From Perkinsus chesapeaki ATCC PRA-425 (Eukaryota; Protista; Perkinsozoa): a stretch of 64,000 nucleotides of DNA. This document shows positions 56,261 through 64,000 of this stretch, in pieces (position 1 is the first letter of the stretch; each line of letters begins with the position of its first letter). The stretch is from assembly GCA_013115145.1 (NCBI GenBank), contig JAAPAO010000138.1, positions 1-64,000 of the forward strand, written 5' to 3'. The position numbers and the translations under genes were made by a program. The notes beneath the pieces were generated by a model. It had not been told where the DNA came from, did not search any database, and worked only from the letters and a program-made list of their open reading frames with translations.

Positions 56261-58847
56261 TCATCTCTGCACTCCATCACTGTCCATGGCTGTGAGCTCC
56301 TGCAGTGCCCTCTCCAGGGCCACTTTAGCCTGCTCACCCCCCTCGGCCATGCCAACCTCGGACACTTCCTGTCTAACTGCGCTCATTCCCACTGTATAGA
56401 CCAAGTCAGCCATTTGTTCAAGGAGCCATAGTGGTATTGGTGCCTGGCCTCCAGCACGATACTGGAAAACCCTTATCATACCGCATGCCTGCAGCACTGC
56501 TGCTCGGACCATCCTCCTCCTGGTATAGAGCCTCAGGAGCATGGCCGATGCCCGTGGACAGCAGCCATAGGCTTGAACTACTCTACAGGCTAACTCAAAG
56601 GTTGCATCGCCGGATTGGAGTCTCTCAGCAAGGCCAGCCCAATAGCACCACATCGCGCTGTTTTGCCGGGGAACTTTACCGTCTGCCATCTCTAGCTGCC
56701 ATTGAAGGGATTGATTAAGGTCCACAAATAGCTGCCGGAAGAGCCTCTCCAAGATCTTGCTACACAATCGCTTCCTGAAGGAAGCTGGCTGCTGTAGTTG
56801 CCGGCCACCGCCGGTGGCGCTGGCTGCTTGTGCTGCTGTTCCACTGGAAAGACTACGTGGCCGATTACTAAGGGCCTCTTGTCTTTCTCTATAGACCTCT
56901 CTTAAATCCACTGCTGCTGCTGCCACCTCATCACCATCGACACTACTATCATCATCCATAATAAAGACCCTACTCCTGGCCACTAAGAGATAGTCCCATC
57001 CAATGTCCTGATAAATGCCAACCAAAACCTTATAGATCCTAGACTCATAACATGTCATGACCGACAACTCTTTCTCATTACCATCATCTACCATATTAGC
57101 CTCCTCTAGGATATACTTAGTCTCATCTAGCTCCGTGTTAATACCAACCCCCTTCCCTAGTACTATACTATCATTTCCATCACCCTTTCGATTAACCTTT
57201 GGCAACATCTCATAAGCTGGGCTTTGCCGTATAGGGTCATGACACAGATATCCTATCACTGGCTCTCCCTGGCTAGGATGCACCTTGGTTGGGACTGTCT
57301 GCTGGCATTTGCTTATATCGGGTATCCCCTGGCTCCATGGAACGGTCTCATCCCCAGGCCATGGTACCTCAGCTCCCTCATCAGTCGGGAAGTTATTCAA
57401 TGCCATTAGACACTGTTCGAAGTTAAGCGTTCTTCTATAAGCCTCAGCCAGTGTAGCCCATGCCTTCGGCTCCATTGGTATAGATTCAGTAGCAAGCCTT
57501 GCAGCAGTGATTGCTAAGTCCCAAGCTACAGGGTCATCTGCTATGGCAAGAAGTGTCTTAGCCTGATAGTGAAGGACATGACCATCAGCTGGTATCTCAT
57601 GGAGGCATCGGGCCAATGCTGACATACAGGCATCTAGTCTACCTGATGATGAAGGAATGCTCCTGTTACTATCGTCTCCATCTGCTGCTGCTTGTTACCC
57701 ATTCGACGGTAGCTCCTGGCGATATGTATCATAACATGGGGAACGGCACTTTGAAGAGAGTTGAACACCTCCGGACAGAGACGAAGACGTCTAGTTGAAA
57801 CGACAGCATGCCGCTTGTTGCCGCTACTCCGGTCCCACCTTGTCCTTATAAAACCATCCGAGATAACCTCAGTGACTATAGTAGTGCCCAAACGGCCCTC
57901 ATCACCCTCCTCTTCATGGGCATAGATATCCGTTGGTGATAGTGATCCAGAAGGACCGCAGTGGGAATCAGCGGTTATGAATTTGGAGGCTAATGTTATG
58001 AAGTCGTGGCCTATCTGAGTATACGATTGTCCATCATAACGAGGCAGGGGCCAGCAGCACTACTACCTTCATATTAGCTGCATCCCCTCTGATAGGGCAG
58101 ACATCTCCTACCACCAAACCAGGCACTACTGGTGGCTTCATGGACCTCAGCCAGGCCGACAACTGGACACCCTGAGATGGCCCATGGCTTAGCCCTTCCT
58201 TTATTTTCTGCCCGCACTACCTCACCTCCCATATAGATCGTCCAATGTTCTCTACAGTGTTGCCCTCCGAGTCCACCATAAATGCTCTAACAGCTGGATA
58301 ACCACCTGGCCGCACCTAGCAGACATCTACAGCGCTACTGCGATACTCCACTCACCTCAACCCTAACATCACAATGATGAAAGATATCCCAGGAGCAATA
58401 TATACCAGATTCAATCTTAAACGCTGAGCTGGCGAAGAACAAGCCTCCGCCTTCCTGGTGAAGCAATGAAGAATCCTAACCCTTGTATAGTATCAGACCT
58501 AACCTGTCTGGAGAGAAGGCTTGAGATATACCCCGATATAGCCGAGGCACTGCCAACGTCCACTCCAACAACATAATGGAAGTAGCTCGGCAAGGACAGC
58601 TGATGCTGCTGATGCTGCCGGTGTTTACTATCGCTCTTCTTCTTGTGGCTCGAGCTACTACTGCTTTTGGGAATCTACCGTATGTACCATTCCCCTGCCA
58701 CTCTCTAAAAATTGCTACCTTCGTTAGCCGACACAAGTCCGGTGGTCCTGTGCCCTGATATGTTGGCATAGCCGCAGTCCTCGCCTCTAGGGCATCTACC
58801 CCTGAGATCTCTATAATCTCTTGAAGACCACTGGTAGTTTCCGACAT
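56261..58847 (-). CDS. ChAPs (Chs5p-Arf1p-binding, Bch1/Bud7-like) exomer cargo-adaptor homolog
   Basis: GPPDLCRLTK; YFHYVVGVDVGSASAISGYI; LHYQAKTLL...AWATLAEAY...CLMALNNFP; KRLCSKILERLFRQLFVDL; WCYWAGLAERL. These follow the ChAPs motif series in order. Confidence 0.8.
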
Positions 58848-59196
58848 TAAAACGCTGAGTTTTTGGTTGACCTTATTACTAAACCAAAGCATATAGTACT
58901 GTGATGGATATATAACAATAGTAACAACTGGTAATGTAGCAGCAGCCCAATGCTGGGTTTATATTGAATATGGAGGATGAGCACTAAGATACCAGCAGAT
59001 ACCAGTGGATGAACCATAGTTAGGTAATGGTTAACAACAACAAGGAGGAGAGAACAAAAAGACCGCCGCTGCAATGATGCTTCTACCTCCAACTGCTGAA
59101 AGTCTACTATCGTCTGAGCGACAACCTCTAAGGAAAAATTAAAAATTGGTCGACTTTACAGCACTCGTTGACAGCGTCGGCGGCGGTGGCGTCTTA

Positions 59197-60156
59197 TCAA
59201 TGCCGTGACCATGGACGCGGTGGCCCCCCTGCTGTATCGGCTGCGTAATGCGCCCGCTCTCTTTGTCTCTTCCTTCTAGCGGCGAACTGCTCTGGCGTTT
59301 CATCTTCTTCGGGTATGAGTAGAGCTTGGGGATATTGTACAACCCTTGCCCGACCATCCAACCCAAAGTATATCTCTCCAGCCGCAGGATGAGGCCTTGT
59401 ATCAGCATCATCACTAGTGTCCTCTTCACTATCATAATCATCACTTGATAGATCCTCTATTATTTCCCTCATACCATAGCCCGATTGGTGATGTCCTCCC
59501 TTATCAGGCATATAATGAAACCTTCCTATAGTCTCCGCCTTTGGGCCATCTACCGATGCATTCTGTGACATGTGATACCCCGACTCAGGACCTTGATTGA
59601 TAATGAAACGGTCAAATTGCAGATGCTGGCGTGGTCCTCCCCCTGCTCCTTGGCCTCCAGAACTGCCGCCTTGAGTTGAGGATAAGCCTCCCTCTTCCGT
59701 ACTCGCTAACTGCTTATGGTCCCCATAGCCTGGACTCTCAAAGCAAAGACTGCGTACGCAAATGACAACATGTGATGCTATCACCAAAGCCGTTAGACAA
59801 GAGAATGTTATTACAGCCCAGTGCTGCCAGGCTCTATGCCGTTTGTCCAACAATGTCCCCGACCCGATATATGCTATCCTAGCAGGCTGAAGACTGACCC
59901 AAGGTATAAATTCCTTTGAGGCCACAGGACCTGCTGCTGCTGTTGTTGTTGTGGGTACTTCAGCGGATACCCCAACGGATATCCTATCTAAGGGTGCACC
60001 ACGACCGGGCTGAGGATGCCGGAGTAGCGTATCAGTGTCTGACGGTACCGCGGGAATATCGGCCATCTGCAGGCCGTTAGTTATGCACCAAAGGCTTAGG
60101 AATAGAGAATTTACGAAATGAGTTCGACGCCGACGTCCAGTGAGATGATGTGGCAT
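59197..60156 (-). CDS. Hypothetical single-pass membrane protein (start may be MADIP at 60066)
   Basis: 319-aa ORF with TM WAVITFSCLTALVIASHVVICV and acidic low-complexity tail. Confidence 0.5.
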   Translation of the reverse strand: MPHHLTGRRRRTHFVNSLFLSLWCITNGLQMADIPAVPSDTDTLLRHPQPGRGAPLDRISVGVSAEVPTTTTAAAGPVASKEFIPWVSLQPARIAYIGSGTLLDKRHRAWQHWAVITFSCLTALVIASHVVICVRSLCFESPGYGDHKQLASTEEGGLSSTQGGSSGGQGAGGGPRQHLQFDRFIINQGPESGYHMSQNASVDGPKAETIGRFHYMPDKGGHHQSGYGMREIIEDLSSDDYDSEEDTSDDADTRPHPAAGEIYFGLDGRARVVQYPQALLIPEEDETPEQFAARRKRQRERAHYAADTAGGPPRPWSRH

Positions 60157-60366
60157 GTGACGGCGGCTAAGTACGTTAAACGCACAAAGGAAACAAATAC
60201 TAGAACAAGTCCAATCCCCTACTATTGTATAACAAAAGTAACGGTAATGAGAAATGGTGAAACCTGTACATCTGATCCATCGTTACCGATATACCACGGC
60301 GGAAAAAGGGATACGACTCCAGAATTGCCCAGCAGCAGCAATAGTCGCTGCTGCTTGTGCTGCTGT

Positions 60367-63300
60367 TTACTCATCCTTAGCGTAGAAAACAATAACAGCT
60401 CTTCCAGGAGCACCAGTGGCCCTTCTATTATTCTTATCAATAGAGGATTCCTCAGCAGCATCACGGACCTCAACCTCACCGGGGAGACCCAATTGCTTCT
60501 TAATCAAACCTGACATCATGACGAAGTCACAACTAACATCACTGAGTTCACTATATCAATAAAGCCCCGGTGATGCAGCAGCACTATTACCCTTTTGATC
60601 CTCCAACATCTTAGTCTCATCAAATGGTAAGGTAAGAGCTAATGCTTCCTTACCCTTAACCTTAACCTCTGTCTGCATATGGAAAGGTGCAAACTTCATA
60701 GCCATACCCTTCTCCTGCTTTGATAATGCCTTGATAAGAGGATGATCCTTGAAGAAGTTACCCATAAACTTCTTATCAACCTAGTAGCAGCAGGAGTCAC
60801 CTAACAACCCCTCCCATACCCCCATTACAGGCTCATTATTCTCATCAAGCTCCACCTCTTCGAGGACCTTAAGGCAAGTCTGCTGGAATGGCTTATACTC
60901 CTTAGTGACGTAGATAACAGCGTCTGAAGCATCAGTGCAGTTCTTAAAGTCCCTGCATTCCCAGAACGGTTACCAGTCGGCTGGACAGGGGCTGGGCCCT
61001 TCTTCCTCGGTTGCATGTGCTTCTGCAACTCCAATCGGAACTCACGAAGGTTGGACTGGAGCATGTTGTATCGACGACCTGAGCAATTCCCCCTAATTCA
61101 CGCGCCACGAAATGCCTTACTGAGAGACTCGTCAAAAGGTGCATCAGCCTCCGGCCAGCGCTGCTCGACAGCTAGACCCTAAAGAGTGATGATATAAGCA
61201 CCTCGCCTTTACACCGATGTTTTGTACTGTTGCTACCTCCTTATTAAGGATATCACTCCAGACATGCTCTGAGAAATGAGGGGTGATAGGCACCATTACT
61301 AAAGCCTGAACCTCAATGTAGCGTCGGAGTAGATCACGGTGCATAGATCCATCAGTAAGGACACGGTATTGGTCCCTGAAGGGGAGGGGAAGGCACATTC
61401 GGCAAAGGAGTAGGCCAACTGCTTACCTGAGATTCTGCATATCAAACCAGCCTGCCTTGAGAGCGTCTCTCATCATCATCTTAGAATATCCAGCATCAGC
61501 CTCCCCTATAAGCCTATTGAGCTCATTGGCAAAGCACTTATCAATAAAGGTGAATTCCCCTAAGATAACATTACCCTCTACCAACCCGAATCCCTATTAC
61601 CATCCCGCTCCTTCTCAAATTCAGCTGGGCTGGTCATAACCTCAGTGGCCCAATTATCGAATGTGGTAAGTGCCAGGATACTATCATTGGCGGTCTTACG
61701 CTTGAAGTTGGCGTTCTCCAGTCCATCACCTATTAACCAGCATAGGCATGGCGGCCGGGACAGGCAGGCTGCTTACCAGCGTCAGCGAGGGCGAGACGTG
61801 TGGCATCAGCCGAGAACTCCTTGCATGCCTGATCCAAGGTAAGGAAGTTACCAAGAGACTTAGACATCTTCTCATCATCGACCATAACATGACCATTAGT
61901 GAAGAATGCCTCTGGCCAGAGGTCGGGACTACCATCACAAGATCATCGTCGCAAGTCTCCCAGCATCCTACCGATTCTCCCAGATGGCAGCATGGTTATA
62001 TAGGCACATGGTCAAGTGATTCGGGATCAAATCCTTACCACTGCACCTCAGGCTCATAGGGTACCTATACCAACGGCGATCCTTTTATAACACAGCCGCT
62101 GTACCCTTACCAATAGTTGAACTCCCTCTTGAGCTTCTCTAGGCTCTCCAAAGAGATGGACGTATCCTTTGGTGGCTTATCAGCCAAATCAAAGATGTAA
62201 TCAAAAACGGCGTCGGTCATCTGGTCAGCCTCAATGCCGAGGGGATGGTTTCCAGAGCCATCCAGTACACCTGTCGCCAAGATTCCTTCGAGGTCAGCTT
62301 CGGCACCCCTACCTCCTTGCAGCAGATGAGCTATAGTGTAGTATGCCATATAGATGGTAGAGTCCGAAAGACTCTCGATAACCCATCGCTTATCCCAGGG
62401 CAGATGAGTACCAAGACCGAAGTTACGAGAGCAGGCCCTGATGATGAATATAGTAAGCCGGCATGGACATAATGCTAGTACCAGTTCTTAAGCCAATCAA
62501 TAGCGCTAATCTGCTGGTTCAAACTACTAGGATTGTAGGTCTCGAAGTGGTGCTGAGAAGCATAGAGCATTAGTGGGTTGGCAATAGCAGCTCCTACCTC
62601 GACATGATCCAACACCTTGTTCTTCCATTCCTCCTCACCATAACGTATGTACCATTGGTCACAGTAGGCAACAACACACTCATCACCAGACCTACAATAC
62701 CAGCAACTTAGACATCCGCCTTATAAGCATCACTTATTACCTGCTAATAACCAGCCCTTCAGGTTCATAGTACTTGATGGCAAGGCCGGCATCGATGAGA
62801 TCCTTTCTTACCAATGGCTTGGCCTCTTGCACTGATTTTCCAGCGTACTTTCCTAACATAACCATAAGAAGCCCTATGCAGTCGGTGTTACCTATAATCA
62901 TTTTGCCCTGATAGAAGCCCTTGTTATAACATAGCTTCTTGGCTTCAGACAGCTTATCCTTCTGCTTATGAGAATCAATTTTCATAGACTCACAAAGATA
63001 CACTGCAGCCTCATCGCCCCACTCAGGCATGTCCTCAATACGAATGATAGGAACAACCTAAGCACTCATTCGTTAAACCATGCAAGCTGAATGCTTACTT
63101 CGAATGGGACACACCACTCCTCCTCAACACCGTACTGGTCACGCCAGTTCTTACGGGTCTTCCAGTCCTTTAAGGCGGCATAATCATCAGGGGCATCAGC
63201 AGGGACAGATGTCACAATACCAGTACCCTTGCCCTGAGCATCACGCCATATCCCCCTCATCCTTAACAGGCCAATTCATTACCATGCTAATTGTTAGTAG

Positions 63301-64000
63301 AGGTAGGGCGTAGACGGTGGAGTACTTCGCTAAAGGTGCGCTCAATGGTGTACCGAGGAGATCGGAACCCTTCACAGTAGCCAGCTGTACAGGGCAATCC
63401 TCCCCTGAGAAATAACGAATAATAAGGTCACCCCCACCCGGACTGATACCATCTTCATTCTTGGTCTTCGGACCTAGATCCTGCATGACCATATTGAGGG
63501 CCGATCTATAGCTGCAAACAAAGGCCTAAAGACACTCTTACAGAAGAAAAGAGCATGAATGATTCTACCTCTCCATTATTCATCTGGAAGATACCATACT
63601 CAGCATCAGGTAGAACAAAGCAGTTAGTCTGGCCATACATAGTCTCAGGCCTTAAAGTAGCTGCTACGAAGAAGACCTTGTTATCACCTGAATAATACGG
63701 TAAGGATGCCTTCTAGAACCACGACGCTATTACCGGTATTCCACTCAGGCTTAACCTTTTGGACTTCCATCTTAATAAGAGTATACTCCTGAGGATTCAC
63801 ACCCTCTCCAGATGAACGATCGTGATCAGCGCAGGGCTGGCCATCGCCTACACAGAGCCATTAACTCATTAATAAGTATTGGCAATCCTACGAATTGAAT
63901 AAATGGTAGGGCGGTTGCCGAATGCCAGGCGATTGCCAGCCTTAAGGTGACGGAACTGCCACTGGACAAAGGCGTCCTAAAAAAGCATAAAAACCTCTAT
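60367..64000 (-). CDS. LARS1: Cytosolic leucyl-tRNA synthetase, 5'-partial (continues past window end)
   Basis: [13 protein letters not shown], editing motif [60 protein letters not shown]; ends ...[14 protein letters not shown]. Confidence 0.96.

Noticed and set aside
1-64000. CRISPR arrays, rRNA, autonomous transposons, viral capsid or integrase genes
   Set aside because: No repeat-spacer arrays, rRNA motifs, transposase, RT or integrase signatures recognised.

Overview
Gene-dense eukaryotic window. Short (~40-60 nt) spliceosomal introns, a beta-alpha fused NAD(P) transhydrogenase, a CBM20-TPS-TPP fusion, GK-repeat tails and ciliary genes point to an alveolate, most likely Perkinsus; this is inference from style and gene content, with no search run. 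I can support about 27 protein-coding loci. These include Kintoun/DNAAF2-like, TMTC-type O-mannosyltransferase, GH20 hexosaminidase, MUS81-like nuclease, NNT, TSEN34, SmD1, CBM20-TPS/TPP, IQCB1-like, NOB1, a syntaxin, WW-Yip1, CUE-PUB-CAP, TBC1D23-like, two secreted paralogs, PRP19, a VTT/DedA protein, a ChAP (exomer adaptor)-like protein and leucyl-tRNA synthetase (cut by the window end). There are four full tRNA genes plus one cut by the window start (Ala-AGC, Ile-AAT), and several tRNA relics. The main unexplained pattern is tRNA genes and fragments sitting inside introns: a 2,195-nt NNT intron holding an Ala/Ile tRNA array, a tRNA-Ile in a Kintoun-like intron, and a 41-nt TPS intron that is mostly a tRNA variable loop/T-arm/acceptor strand running across its 3' splice site. 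Other notable points: SmD1 with a (GK)8 tail instead of the RG tail, a TPS/TPP with several catalytic residues substituted, and a tandem pair of small secreted Cys-patterned proteins. Gene spans of multi-exon genes were read by eye and ends marked approximate may be off. No CRISPR, rRNA or autonomous transposon was recognised.
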